50,994 nt of DNA from Mycobacterium sp. (lineage in GTDB: Bacteria; Actinomycetota; Actinomycetes; Mycobacteriales; Mycobacteriaceae). Position 1 is the first letter of the stretch. Each line of letters begins with the position of its first letter. Shown here in pieces: positions 1 to 10,003 of the stretch. The position numbers and the translations under genes are program-made. The notes below the pieces were generated by a model that searched no databases, was not told the DNA's origin, and saw only the letters and a program-made list of their open reading frames with translations. The DNA is taken from the NCBI GenBank assembly GCA_051306235.1, contig JBPPMV010000474.1:1-50994 (forward strand). Direction: 5' to 3'.

Positions 1-2366
1 AGGTCCAGGCCGGTGTCGTATTCGGTGTGCGCGGTCGCGGCCACGATCGCCGAGAGCGCGGGCTGACTCGTGGTGCCCGCCAACGGCGAGGACGCTCCGT
101 CGACTGCCGACGCCCCGGCCTGCCAGGCCGCCAGATAGGTCGCCAGCTGCCCGCCGGGGGTGTCATGGGTGTGTACGTGGATCGGCAGGTCGAACCGCTC
201 CCGCAGCGCGGTCACCAGTTTCACCGCGGCCTGCGGACGCAACAGCCCGGCCATATCCTTGATGGCCAGCACGTGCGCCCCGGCATCGACGATCTCCTCG
301 GCCAGGCGCAGGTAGTAATCCAGCGTGTAGAGATCCTCGGCCGGGTTGCTCAGGTCACCGGTGTAGGACATCGCGACCTCGGCGACCGCGGTCCCGGTGT
401 CGCGCACCGTATCGATCGCCGGGCGCATCGAATCGACATTGTTCAGCGCGTCGAAGATCCGGAAGATATCGATCCCGGTCGCGGTGGCCTCGTCCACGAA
501 CGCCTTGGTGACCAGCTCCGGGTACGGGGTGTAGCCCACGGTGTTGCGTCCGCGCAGCAGCATCTGCAGACAGATGTTCGGGATCGCCTCCCGCAGCGCG
601 GCCAACCGCTCCCACGGGTCTTCCTTCAAAAAGCGCAGCGCCACATCATAAGTCGCGCCACCCCAGCACTCCACCGACAACAACTCCGGGGTCATCCGGG
701 CGATGTGCGGCGCGACCAGCAGCAGGCCATTGGAGCGCACCCGGGTCGCGAGCAACGACTGATGGGCGTCACGGAACGTGGTGTCGGTGACCCCGAGCGC
801 GGGCGAATCCCGCAGCCACGCCGCGAAACCCGTCGGCCCGAGTTCCTCGAGTTTCTGCTTGGAACCCGCCGGCGGTGCCACGCTCACGTCCAGTGGCGGC
901 AGCTTGTCGTGCGGGTAGACCGTGGAGGTCCGCTCACCGTGCGGCTTGTTGACCGTCACCTCGGCCAGATAGTTCAGGATCTTGGTGCCGCGATCGGCCG
1001 GGGTGCGGGCGGTCAGCAACTGCGGGCGCTCATCGATGAACGATGTCGTCACCCGGCCGGCCCGGAAATCCGGATCATCGAGAACGGCGAGCAGGAACGG
1101 AATGTTCGTGCTCACACCGCGGACCCGGAACTCCGCCAACGCGCGACGCGCGCGCGTTGCGGCCATCGCGAAATCCCTACCGCGACACGTCAACTTCACC
1201 AGCATCGAGTCGAAATGCGCGCTGATCTCCGCACCCGTGTGGGTGCCACCATCCAGTCGGATACCGGCACCACCCGGGGACCGGTAACCGGTGATGCGCC
1301 CGGTATCGGGACGGAAACCATTGGCCGGGTCCTCGGTGGTGATCCGACACTGCATCGCCGCACCACGGATCTGAATCGCATCCTGGCTCAGCCCCAGATC
1401 TTCCAGGGTCTCCCCCGCCGCGATCCGCAACTGCGAGGCCACCAGATCCACATCGGTGATCTCCTCGGTCACCGTGTGCTCCACCTGGATCCGCGGATTG
1501 CACTCGATGAACACATGATGGCCACGCTCATCGAGCAGGAACTCGATGGTGCCCGCACAGAAGTAATTGATGTGCCGCGCCAGCGCGACGGCGTCGGCGC
1601 AGATCTTCTCCCGCACCGCCGCATCCAGATTCGGGGCCGGGGCCAGTTCGATGACCTTCTGGTGGCGGCGCTGCAGGCTGCAGTCGCGCTCGAACAGATG
1701 GATCACATTCCCGGCACCGTCGGCCAGGATCTGCACCTCGATATGGCGCGGGTTGATGACCGCCTGCTCCAGATAGACGCGTCCGTCACCGAACGCCGAC
1801 TCCGCCTCACGCGACGCCGCTTCGATCGCCTCCGCCAGTCCGCCGGCTTCGGCGACACGGCGCATACCGCGGCCACCACCACCGGAGACCGCCTTGACGA
1901 ACAACGGGAACGTCATCGACTCGGCCACCGACACCAGCTCATCCACCGAGGCGGAGGGCTCCGAGGACGCCAGCACCGGCAACCCGGCCTCCCGCGCCGC
2001 GGCGATCGCCCGCGCCTTGTTACCGGTCAGCTCCAGCACATCCGAGCCCGGGCCCACGAACGTGATGCCCTCGGCCGCGCACGCCGAAGCCAGCTCCGGG
2101 TTCTCCGACAGAAAGCCATAGCCGGGATAGACCGCGTCCGCGCCGGCATGCTTGGCGACCCGGATGATCTCGGGCACCGACAGATACGCCCGCACCGGAT
2201 GGCCTTCGTCACCGATCTGATAGGACTCATCAGCCTTCAGCCGGTGCAACGAGTTGCGATCCTCGAACGGGTACACCGCGACCGTCGAGATGTTCATCTC
2301 GGTCGCCGCGCGGAAAGCGCGGATGGCGATCTCGCCGCGATTGGCCACCAGGAGTTTGGAAATCAC
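1..2366 (-). CDS. pyc: Pyruvate carboxylase (3' part lies outside the window)
   Basis: Absent from the ORF track because no stop lies in the window. The minus strand from GTG at 2366 reads VISKLLVANRGEIAIRAFRAA...GGGGRGMR...FIECNPRIQVEH (biotin carboxylase), then TDTTFRDAHQSLLATRVR...WGGATYDVALRFL (carboxyltransferase). Confidence 0.97.
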   Translation of the reverse strand, partial: MISKLLVANRGEIAIRAFRAATEMNISTVAVYPFEDRNSLHRLKADESYQIGDEGHPVRAYLSVPEIIRVAKHAGADAVYPGYGFLSENPELASACAAEGITFVGPGSDVLELTGNKARAIAAAREAGLPVLASSEPSASVDELVSVAESMTFPLFVKAVSGGGGRGMRRVAEAGGLAEAIEAASREAESAFGDGRVYLEQAVINPRHIEVQILADGAGNVIHLFERDCSLQRRHQKVIELAPAPNLDAAVREKICADAVALARHINYFCAGTIEFLLDERGHHVFIECNPRIQVEHTVTEEITDVDLVASQLRIAAGETLEDLGLSQDAIQIRGAAMQCRITTEDPANGFRPDTGRITGYRSPGGAGIRLDGGTHTGAEISAHFDSMLVKLTCRGRDFAMAATRARRALAEFRVRGVSTNIPFLLAVLDDPDFRAGRVTTSFIDERPQLLTARTPADRGTKILNYLAEVTVNKPHGERTSTVYPHDKLPPLDVSVAPPAGSKQKLEELGPTGFAAWLRDSPALGVTDTTFRDAHQSLLATRVRSNGLLLVAPHIARMTPELLSVECWGGATYDVALRFLKEDPWERLAALREAIPNICLQMLLRGRNTVGYTPYPELVTKAFVDEATATGIDIFRIFDALNNVDSMRPAIDTVRDTGTAVAEVAMSYTGDLSNPAEDLYTLDYYLRLAEEIVDAGAHVLAIKDMAGLLRPQAAVKLVTALRERFDLPIHVHTHDTPGGQLATYLAAWQAGASAVDGASSPLAGTTSQPALSAIVAATAHTEYDTGLD

Positions 2367-2424
2367 GGCGCTACCCTAACTTCGCTGTTGTTACCTGGAT
2401 GTAACACCCGCGTCGCCGCCAGGG

Positions 2425-3078
2425 TCACACCAGGGTCGACCAATAATTCCAGAAACGCACCAGGATCATCAGCAGCACCGCGGTGAACCACAGCGCCACC
2501 AACGACCATCGCCACTGGTAGATCGCAGCCGCCACCCCGGTACGGGTGTCGGCGCGCAGGGCGATCGAGCTCACGATCACCAACAAGGGGATGGTCACCG
2601 CCCAGACCACCATGCAGTAGGGGCACAGCGCCCCGATGCGATACAGGCTCTGGAAGATCAGCCAATGCACGAACACCACGCCCAGCGCGGTGCCGATGGC
2701 CAGCCCCGCCCAGTACCAGCGCGGCAGATTCACCCGCGCGACGGCCAGCACACCGGTCACCAGGACCGCGGTGAACGCGATGATCCCGATCAACGAGTTG
2801 GGGAAACCGAAGACCGAGGCCTGCGGGGTCGTCATCACCGACCCGCAGGACAGCACCGGATTCAGGCTGCACGACGGGATGTAGCTCGGATCGATCAGGA
2901 TCTCGATCATCTCGATGGTCAGCGTCGCGGCCGCGAGGAGTCCCACGACGCCGGCGACGAGCACGCCGATCGCGCTGGACCGGCGCACACCGCTCTGCTC
3001 GGCCGAAGCTACGGCCGGGCTGTGCTGATCCCCCGGGTCGCTTCGCTCCTGCCCGCCGAGAGGCGCTGCGACGGTCAC
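2425..3078 (-). CDS. Vitamin K epoxide reductase family protein (VKOR, DsbB-equivalent)
   Basis: Membrane protein with loop cysteines (SCSLNPVLSCG) and a CPYC motif; overlaps the dsbA stop codon. Confidence 0.93.
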   Translation of the reverse strand: MTVAAPLGGQERSDPGDQHSPAVASAEQSGVRRSSAIGVLVAGVVGLLAAATLTIEMIEILIDPSYIPSCSLNPVLSCGSVMTTPQASVFGFPNSLIGIIAFTAVLVTGVLAVARVNLPRWYWAGLAIGTALGVVFVHWLIFQSLYRIGALCPYCMVVWAVTIPLLVIVSSIALRADTRTGVAAAIYQWRWSLVALWFTAVLLMILVRFWNYWSTLV

Positions 3079-3803
3079 GATGCTTCGGGCAACCCGGGCA
3101 CGTCGCCGACGATCTCCTTGACCTTCGTGACGAGCTCCTCGGGGGTGCTGTACTGGTAGTCCTCACCGTTGATGCGCACGGTGGGCGTCGCGTTGATCTC
3201 GGTCGCCGCGGCCATACCCGAAGCCATCTCGGTGTAACGGCCCTTGTCGATGCACTCGGGGACGGTGCCCGAGGCGCCGGCCTGGCGGGCCGTCTCGATG
3301 AGCTGCGCGTCGGTCGGGTACATGCCGCCGGTCTCGCTGGGCTGCTGGGCGTAGAGCGCGGCGTGGAAGCGGCGGAACGCCTCGGTGGACTCATCGGCGA
3401 CGCAGTACGCCGCACCGCTGGCCCGCGACGAGTAGTTCTGATTGCCTGCGCTGTTCAGGATGCCGACCATGTAGTAGTCGACCGCGATCGCACCGCCGTC
3501 GATGAGCTTGTTGATGGTCGGGCCGAAGGCCTTCTCGAATGCGCCGCAGTGCGGGCAGAGCGGGTCCTCGTACACCGACAACACGAGCTTGGGCTCGATA
3601 CCGTCGTCCTTCTTGACCACGTTGCTGGACTCGATCCGAACCGAGCGGGCCTCACCGGCCTCGGGCTTGGTCTCGCCCGACAGCACGATCCAGAGCACCA
3701 GCGCGACCGCGAAGAGCACCACGACCGAGGTGAGCCCGATCTGAACGAAGAGATTTCGCTTGCGGTCAGCGGCCTTGAGGTCGTATTTGGGTTTGTTCGC
3801 CAC
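3075..3803 (-). CDS. dsbA: Membrane-anchored DsbA-family thiol-disulfide oxidoreductase
   Basis: N-terminal TM helix, YEDPLCPHC active site, cis-Pro motif ATPTV; adjacent to VKOR as in other mycobacteria. Confidence 0.9.
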   Translation of the reverse strand: MANKPKYDLKAADRKRNLFVQIGLTSVVVLFAVALVLWIVLSGETKPEAGEARSVRIESSNVVKKDDGIEPKLVLSVYEDPLCPHCGAFEKAFGPTINKLIDGGAIAVDYYMVGILNSAGNQNYSSRASGAAYCVADESTEAFRRFHAALYAQQPSETGGMYPTDAQLIETARQAGASGTVPECIDKGRYTEMASGMAAATEINATPTVRINGEDYQYSTPEELVTKVKEIVGDVPGLPEAS

Positions 3804-3812
3804 GGATGCAGC

Positions 3813-4895
3813 CTACCGGCTCAGATGAGCCCGTAGTGCTGAGGTCAGGTCGGTGAGCGCGACCTCGCTACCGCCGCCCAGTGGGAAGAAGTTGGCGAAC
3901 CCGTGCGTCAGCGAGCCGTACTCGCGCAGGTCGACCGGAACGCCGGCCGCTGCCAGAGCGTCGGCGTAGGCGGCGCCCTCATCGCGAAGTGGGTCGAACC
4001 CGGCGGTCAGCACCAACGCCGGCGACAGCCCTGACAGATCATCGGCGCGCAGCGGCGCGACCCGGATATCGGTCGGCGAGATGTCGGAGCCACCGATGTA
4101 GTGCGTGTTGAACCAGTCGATATCGGCCTTGGTCAGGAAGTAGCCGTCGGCGAACAGCGTCCTGGATACGGTCTCGCCGCCCGGGTCGACCATCGGGTAG
4201 ATGAGCAGCTGCAGCACCGGCAACGCCAAGCCGGTGTCGCGGGCGGCCTGGGTGACCACCGCGGCGAGGTTCCCGCCCGCGCTGTCCCCACCGACGGCCA
4301 CCCGCTGCGGGTCGGCGCCGAGATCACCGGCATGCTCCACGGCCCAGCGGTAGGCGGCCAGGCAGTCCTCACCGGCGGCGGGCGCCTTGTGCTCGGGGGC
4401 CAGCCGGTAGTCGACGGACAGCACGTGTACGCCGGCGTCGCGGCAGATCCGCCGGCAGAGACCGTCGTGGGTGCCGAGGCTGCCGACCACGAATCCGCCA
4501 CCGTGCAGGAACACCAGCAGCGGCGCTCCGGGCTCGGCGGCGTAGTGCCTGACGGTCAGCTCGCCGGCCGGTCCCGGGATCGTGACGTCACGCGTCGGGA
4601 CGACGACCGGGGTCGTCAAGGCGGCGGCGACGCTGTCGAGCTGGTTCCTTGCCACGACGACATCGTCGCTGGCCACGAGGCCGCCGACCCCGGAGACCCG
4701 TTGCGCATTGAGCATCAGCTGCAGGGTGGTGTCCAAGGTGTTGCCCGCGATGGTCACCGAACGCCTGCCCAGCAGCACCCGCTTGACGGGGTCCGGAATG
4801 CGCGCCATGACTGGCAACGACAGCCGGCTGGCGACGTTCGCGAACTTCAACCGCACCGGGCTCGGGTCCCGCCGTGCTGGCAGACTCTGCGTCAT
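3813..4895 (-). CDS. lipN: Hormone-sensitive-lipase family alpha/beta hydrolase (LipN-like)
   Basis: HGGGF oxyanion motif, GDSAGGNL nucleophile, DPLRD and HGF motifs. Start placed at MTQSLP (4895). Confidence 0.85.
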   Translation of the reverse strand: MTQSLPARRDPSPVRLKFANVASRLSLPVMARIPDPVKRVLLGRRSVTIAGNTLDTTLQLMLNAQRVSGVGGLVASDDVVVARNQLDSVAAALTTPVVVPTRDVTIPGPAGELTVRHYAAEPGAPLLVFLHGGGFVVGSLGTHDGLCRRICRDAGVHVLSVDYRLAPEHKAPAAGEDCLAAYRWAVEHAGDLGADPQRVAVGGDSAGGNLAAVVTQAARDTGLALPVLQLLIYPMVDPGGETVSRTLFADGYFLTKADIDWFNTHYIGGSDISPTDIRVAPLRADDLSGLSPALVLTAGFDPLRDEGAAYADALAAAGVPVDLREYGSLTHGFANFFPLGGGSEVALTDLTSALRAHLSR

Positions 4896-5733
4896 GACTG
4901 GCCTTTCGCATCCGACACTGTTGCTGAACGACGGTAATTCCATTCCTGCGGTTGGGTTGGGAGTCTGGCAGACCCCGGCCGAGGAGACCCGAGGGGCCGT
5001 CGAGGCCGCGCTGTCGACAGGTTACCGGCATATCGACACCGCCGCGGCCTACAAGAACGAAACCGAGGTCGGTCAGGCGCTCAAGGCCAGCTCCGTGCCG
5101 CGCGAGGATGTGTTCCTCGTCACCAAGCTGTGGAATGCCGAGCACGGATATGACAAGGCCCTCAAGGCGTTCGACGACAGCGCCAAGCGCCTCGACGTCG
5201 ACTACGTCGATCTGTATCTGATCCACTGGCCGATGCCCGAGGTCAACCAGTTCGTCGACTCCTTCAAGGCGTTGACTGCCCTGCAATTCGAGGGCCGGAT
5301 CAAGTCCATCGGTGTGAGCAATTTCGCGCCCGAGCATCTGCGAACCCTGGTGGACGGCACCGGGATTGTGCCCGCCGTGAACCAGGTCGAGTTGCACCCG
5401 CGGTTCCCCCAGCAGGAGTTGCGGGAAGTGCACGCCGAGATGGGTATCGCCACCGAGGCGTGGAGTCCGCTCGGACAGGGTGCGTTGCTGAGCGACCCCA
5501 CGGTGGTCGCAGTGGCCGAGTCGCACCACAAAACCCCAGCCCAGGTGCTGATCAGATGGCATCTGCAGCTGGGTAATATCGTCATTCCGAAGTCGGTGAA
5601 CCCCGACCGGATAGCGAGTAACTTCGACGTGTTCGATTTCGAACTGAGCGCGCAGGACATCGAGTCCATCGCGACACTCGATGACGGCACACGACTGGGT
5701 CCCGATCCGCGGACCTTCAACTGGACAGGCTAG
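4894..5733 (+). CDS. Aldo/keto reductase (2,5-DKG reductase-like), copy 1
   Basis: [45 protein letters not shown] and IPKS motifs; 279 aa from MTGLSHP. Confidence 0.93.
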   Translation: MTGLSHPTLLLNDGNSIPAVGLGVWQTPAEETRGAVEAALSTGYRHIDTAAAYKNETEVGQALKASSVPREDVFLVTKLWNAEHGYDKALKAFDDSAKRLDVDYVDLYLIHWPMPEVNQFVDSFKALTALQFEGRIKSIGVSNFAPEHLRTLVDGTGIVPAVNQVELHPRFPQQELREVHAEMGIATEAWSPLGQGALLSDPTVVAVAESHHKTPAQVLIRWHLQLGNIVIPKSVNPDRIASNFDVFDFELSAQDIESIATLDDGTRLGPDPRTFNWTG

Positions 5734-5739
5734 GTAGAC

Positions 5740-6579
5740 ATGACATCGGCAGCCGCGGCGCCAAACATCGGTTTGAGCGACGAGAACACCATTCCCGCTC
5801 TCGGGATCGGAGTGGGCGGACTCTCGGACACCGAGGCCGAGCACGCGGTCGCCGCAGCACTGAAAATCGGTGTCCGCCTTATCGATACCGCGGCCGCCTA
5901 TGGCAACGAGGAAGGCGTCGGCCGGGCCATCGCGGCCTCCGGTGTGCCGCGCGCCGAGATCTTCCTCACCACCAAATTGGACATTGCGGATCTGGGATTC
6001 CAGGCCTCCCAGGATGCCGCGAGGGCCAGCCTGGCGCGGCTGGGCCAGGAGTACGTCGATCTCTATCTCATCCACTGGCCCGGCGGTGAGGGCGGTAAGT
6101 ATGTGGACACCTGGGGTGGACTCATGCGCGTGCAGGGCGACGGGCTCGCCAAATCGATCGGCGTCGCGAATTTCACCCCGGAGCACCTGTCCACCATCAT
6201 CGACCTGACCTACGTGGTGCCGACGGTCAACCAGATCGAGCTGCACCCCCAGCTGGTCCAGACCGAACTGCGGGCCGCGCACGCCGAGCACGGCATCGTC
6301 ACGCAGGCCTACAGCCCGCTCGGCGTCGGCAAGCTGTTGGAGCACCCGACGGTCACCTCGGTCGCAGGCGAGTACGGCAAGACACCCGCGCAGGTGCTGA
6401 TCCGCTGGAACCTGCAGCTGAACAATTCGGTCGTGTTCCGGTCGTCCTCACCGGAGCGCATCTCGCAGAACTTCGACGTGTTCGACTTCGAGTTGGCCGC
6501 CGAGCATCTGGCGGCGCTGACCGGTCTCGACGACGGCACCCGGTTCCGCCCGGATCCGAACACCTACATCGGCGAGTAG
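5740..6579 (+). CDS. Aldo/keto reductase, copy 2 (Rv2971-like)
   Basis: [18 protein letters not shown] and NQIELHP motifs; 279 aa. Confidence 0.93.
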   Translation: MTSAAAAPNIGLSDENTIPALGIGVGGLSDTEAEHAVAAALKIGVRLIDTAAAYGNEEGVGRAIAASGVPRAEIFLTTKLDIADLGFQASQDAARASLARLGQEYVDLYLIHWPGGEGGKYVDTWGGLMRVQGDGLAKSIGVANFTPEHLSTIIDLTYVVPTVNQIELHPQLVQTELRAAHAEHGIVTQAYSPLGVGKLLEHPTVTSVAGEYGKTPAQVLIRWNLQLNNSVVFRSSSPERISQNFDVFDFELAAEHLAALTGLDDGTRFRPDPNTYIGE

Positions 6580-7699
6580 CGATTTCGGCGCGCCCACCGA
6601 ACGTCAGCGCCGCAACGGCGCTAAGGCCGGCGATGACGAAACACAGTGCGGTGTACCAGAGACTGCCGATCGGATCGCCGTTGTCGGTGACGCCGTCGAC
6701 GGCGCCGAAGTAGGCGGGCAGCGCGGTCACCCACAGCACCCCCATGACGGCCAGGTAGGCCAGACCGAAGCGCACCATCAGTGGACTGCTGTAGCGGGAT
6801 TCGGTGGCGCCGGCCGGCGTGCTGCGCAGCCGTTGCCATTGTTTGAACAACACCGGCGCCGCGACGACGGCGATCACCACGAGTTCCAGCGCGTACACCA
6901 CGCCCATCACGGTGACGTTGGTGAACGACCCGATGATCGTCGCGGGCGAGGGCAGCAGCACCGTGCCGATGGACGCGAGCACCCCGATGACGATGGTGCG
7001 CCACACGATCTGCACACCGGTGAACCGCTGTCCCCGGTCGACATGCTTGCCGACGAAGAACTGCACGCAGAAGGCCAGCGACATCGGCCACAGTGCGGCG
7101 AACACCACGACGCTGGGCAGCGGTACCGACGCCAGGAACGGCTGGTTCATCGGGTGGTCCAGGGTCCACTCCCACCAGCGCAGCTGCGGGCCGAGGTGAT
7201 CGAAGATCTCGTAGAAGGCGTGGTGCACGAATCCCACGCACACGGCCCCCACCAACGTCCCGTAGCGGCGGAACACCCCCAGGTTACGGACGATCTCGAA
7301 GGCGATCGTCGCCACCATCGGATAGATCGCGACGATGTAGAGCGGCAGCCGCCCCCAGAGGAATTCGACCGTGAACACGTTGTGCGCGAACATCGTGTCG
7401 ACGTACTGGTCGATGCCGAACTGCGCCGGGAAGTACAGCGGCGGTTCGATGATCAACAGATAGGCGATGGCGCCGAACCACAGCGCGATGTTGGTGGCGT
7501 CACCGTGCCGACGCAGCCGGATGACCGCGTACACCAGTGCCAGGATCGCGCCGAGGATCACCGTCAGCTCCAGCACCGGCAGCGTCCAGTTCTCCAGGCC
7601 GAACGGGCTACGCAGTTCCACCAGCCCGCCGGCCTCGGCACAGGAGAAGCCCAGGCGCTCGGCGAGTTGCTCGAACGTCGGCGCACACAGATCAGACAT
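6353..7699 (-). CDS. Multi-pass membrane protein of unknown function; the C-terminal tail reads antisense through AKR2
   Basis: Starts MSDLCAP, overlapping the upstream stop at 7692-7694; about 9-10 hydrophobic segments. The first in-frame stop is at 6353, so the functional end is uncertain (~6590). Confidence 0.75.
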   Translation of the reverse strand: MSDLCAPTFEQLAERLGFSCAEAGGLVELRSPFGLENWTLPVLELTVILGAILALVYAVIRLRRHGDATNIALWFGAIAYLLIIEPPLYFPAQFGIDQYVDTMFAHNVFTVEFLWGRLPLYIVAIYPMVATIAFEIVRNLGVFRRYGTLVGAVCVGFVHHAFYEIFDHLGPQLRWWEWTLDHPMNQPFLASVPLPSVVVFAALWPMSLAFCVQFFVGKHVDRGQRFTGVQIVWRTIVIGVLASIGTVLLPSPATIIGSFTNVTVMGVVYALELVVIAVVAAPVLFKQWQRLRSTPAGATESRYSSPLMVRFGLAYLAVMGVLWVTALPAYFGAVDGVTDNGDPIGSLWYTALCFVIAGLSAVAALTFGGRAEIATRRCRCSDPGGTGCRRRDRSAPPDARRPTRSRTRRSSARCAPVRTTGTRPNCSAAGSSGSAPARVSCRTRLRPR

Positions 7700-8621
7700 C
7701 GGCTGCCTTCTTGTTGTCGGCGGTGTACCAGTTGGTGACGTCGTAACCGGCGTCGAACCGATCGAACCATTCCGCGGCCAGCGCGGGCAGTGTTTCGTGT
7801 TCCGGGTCGTGGCCGGGGATCTGACTGCGCACGATGCCGACCATGGCGGCGGCCATCTCCCGCTTGGGCAGATGGGCGAAGGCGTTCTGCAGCGGGCCGT
7901 AGTCGGGTCGGCGCCCAAAGCGGGTCAGCAGAGCGTTCTTTCGCCGCTCAATGGCAAAGGTGGACACCGCGTCGACCTTGCGCACCTCCAGCGGGATGTG
8001 CTTGTTGAAGCCGTCGCATGCCAGTCGAACCACGTCGAGGACATGCTTGAAGATCGAGGGCGCCACCCGCATCCGGTACCAGGGATCGTCGACGAGTCCG
8101 TCGTAGATGATCAGCGCGGAGCTGCGGTGCTCGACCTCTTCGACGAAGTGCCAGAGGAACAGGGAGGCCACCCGGTCATCGCCGGGAGCGAACAGCGTGT
8201 CGTCGTGGTCGAGCATGAGCTTGAACACCGGGGTGAAGGTCGCCTCGAGATCGGCGGTATAGGCGAGCCGGTACTTGAGCGGCTTGTTGTCGACGAGGTC
8301 GTCGAACGCGGCGATCACCTCGTCGAGGGTTTCCTTGAGTGCCGGGTACGCCTTGATCAGCCCGCGGGCGTGCTGCCGGTGGGCCATCGAATGCTGGCCC
8401 TCCTGACGCGTGAAGGCGTCGGCCTCTTCGGCAATGATCGGGTCGGTGAGCAGCGGTTTCGCCTCGGCCATGGTGGTGACGATCATCTTCTCGAACGCGA
8501 TCGCGAGGAAGGACACCGCGTTGGCCATCGCGGAGAAAGCCGGGTAGGTCTCGTTCCACAAAAACGGCACGTCGTGATCGGCGAAGCCGAAACGCATCTT
8601 GCGCACCTGCAGGTTGGTCAT
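7692..8621 (-). CDS. 'Metal-dependent hydrolase' family protein (PF10118-like; ExxH di-metal motifs)
   Basis: MTNLQVRKMRF start; FTRQEGQHSMAH and LFLWHFVEEVEH motifs. Confidence 0.85.
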   Translation of the reverse strand: MTNLQVRKMRFGFADHDVPFLWNETYPAFSAMANAVSFLAIAFEKMIVTTMAEAKPLLTDPIIAEEADAFTRQEGQHSMAHRQHARGLIKAYPALKETLDEVIAAFDDLVDNKPLKYRLAYTADLEATFTPVFKLMLDHDDTLFAPGDDRVASLFLWHFVEEVEHRSSALIIYDGLVDDPWYRMRVAPSIFKHVLDVVRLACDGFNKHIPLEVRKVDAVSTFAIERRKNALLTRFGRRPDYGPLQNAFAHLPKREMAAAMVGIVRSQIPGHDPEHETLPALAAEWFDRFDAGYDVTNWYTADNKKAADV

Positions 8622-8641
8622 GACCGGTAAAACTATCACAG

Positions 8642-8673
8642 GATCATACGCCTGAACGTCTGACTGTATGATC
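8642..8673. promoter_or_regulatory. Inverted repeat GATCATAC-N16-GTATGATC containing two back-to-back TATGAT -10 elements (divergent promoter / probable TetR operator)
   Basis: Perfect 8-bp arms between the divergent hydrolase and TetR genes; each arm reads TATGAT facing outward. Confidence 0.6.
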
Positions 8674-8717
8674 GCTCGTGCGTGCTAACGTCGCGTACCG
8701 CCGAGAGGAAGTTGGTC

Positions 8718-9344
8718 ATGGCACGCAGGCGCGGCTGGGGCGGCAATCCACCCCAGACCGACGAAGAGGCCACCCAACGCATCATCACGGCCGCTGTCGA
8801 CCTGATCAGCGCCACCGGGTCGGCCATCTCACTGGCCGATGTCGCCAACTCACTGGGCATCATCCGCCAGACCGTCTACCGCTACTTCCCCACCTCCGAT
8901 GCCCTCATGCACGCCGTCGCGATGGGTTCGGTCGACACCTTCCTGGATCGTCTCGCCGACAGTGTCCGCGGCCTGCACGACCCGGCCGATGCGCTGACCG
9001 AAGGCACCCTGTTCACCCTCGACGAGGTCAGCCGGACGCCACATCTGGGCATCCTGCTCTCAGAGTCCTACCCGCACAACCATACTGACGACCTGACCTC
9101 CGAGGAGGCCCGCGCCATCGGGATGCGGATGGTCGACCGGTTCGACGTCGACTGGGCCGCGCACGGCTACGACGAGGCCAGCCTGCAGGAGCTCGTCGAG
9201 TTCACCCTGCGGATCATGCTGTCCTTCTTCGTCGCCCCCAACGATGCCCACCGGTCACCGGCAGAGCTCCGAAAATTCCTGCGGCGCTGGCTCGGTGGCG
9301 CGGTCGCCGCCCAACGGGACCAGATCACGGACGTCGGTTCATGA
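8718..9344 (+). CDS. TetR/AcrR family transcriptional regulator
   Basis: MARRRGWGG start; HTH SLADVANSLGIIRQTVYRYF. Confidence 0.92.
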   Translation: MARRRGWGGNPPQTDEEATQRIITAAVDLISATGSAISLADVANSLGIIRQTVYRYFPTSDALMHAVAMGSVDTFLDRLADSVRGLHDPADALTEGTLFTLDEVSRTPHLGILLSESYPHNHTDDLTSEEARAIGMRMVDRFDVDWAAHGYDEASLQELVEFTLRIMLSFFVAPNDAHRSPAELRKFLRRWLGGAVAAQRDQITDVGS

Positions 9345-10000
9345 CCGCCCCCGACGAACCCCGCCGCACGCTGCGCAAGGACGCCGAACGCAATCGGCAA
9401 CGCGTGCTGGATGCCGCCCGCGATCTGTTCGCCCAGCGCGGACTCGAGGCCACTCTCAACGATGTGGCGCACCACGCGAACGTCGGCGTGGGCACCGTGT
9501 ACCGGCGATTCGCCACCAAACAGGAGCTCCTGGACGCGATCTTCGAGAGCGCCATCGACCGGATGGTTGCGCTCGCAGAATCTGCTCTGCAACAAGAGAA
9601 CTCATGGAATGGATTCGTCTGGTTCGCCCAGCAGCTCTGTGAGCTGACCGCCACCGATCGCGGCCTGCGTGAGATGGTCTACAGCACGGCCTACGGCGGT
9701 CACCCGGTCGAATGCGCACGGCTGCGGCTGGTGCCGCCCATCTCGAAGGTTGTGGAACGGGCCCGCGCCGACGGCTACCTGCGCCGGGATGCCGAGCACA
9801 CCGATATGCCGATTCTGAGCCTGCTGGCCGGTACCGTCAGCGAATGGGCCGGTCACGTCGAACCCGAGTTGTGGCGCCGTTACGTCGCATTGCTGCTCGA
9901 CGGTCTCCGCCATCGCGACGGACAAGCTCACCTGCCCGTCGACGCCCTCGATGACGATCAGATGGACACTGCGATGAACGGATGGCAGCCGGCGGGCTGA
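9341..10000 (+). CDS. TetR/AcrR family transcriptional regulator
   Basis: LRKDAERNRQRVL...TLNDVAHHANVGVGTVYRRF; ATGA overlap with the upstream TetR. Confidence 0.93.
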   Translation: MTAPDEPRRTLRKDAERNRQRVLDAARDLFAQRGLEATLNDVAHHANVGVGTVYRRFATKQELLDAIFESAIDRMVALAESALQQENSWNGFVWFAQQLCELTATDRGLREMVYSTAYGGHPVECARLRLVPPISKVVERARADGYLRRDAEHTDMPILSLLAGTVSEWAGHVEPELWRRYVALLLDGLRHRDGQAHLPVDALDDDQMDTAMNGWQPAG

Positions 10001-10003
10001 TCC

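Noticed and set aside
27-2486. 819-aa plus-strand ORF
   Set aside because: Antisense shadow of pyc. High-GC codon bias removes stops on the opposite strand, and the translation has no recognisable motifs.
4588-6345. Long antisense ORFs over the AKRs (similarly 22311-23789, 27649-29190, 30159-32090, 35314-36759 and 47206-48924)
   Set aside because: All are shadows or alternate frames of well-supported genes, with Arg/Gly/His-rich composition typical of non-coding frames.
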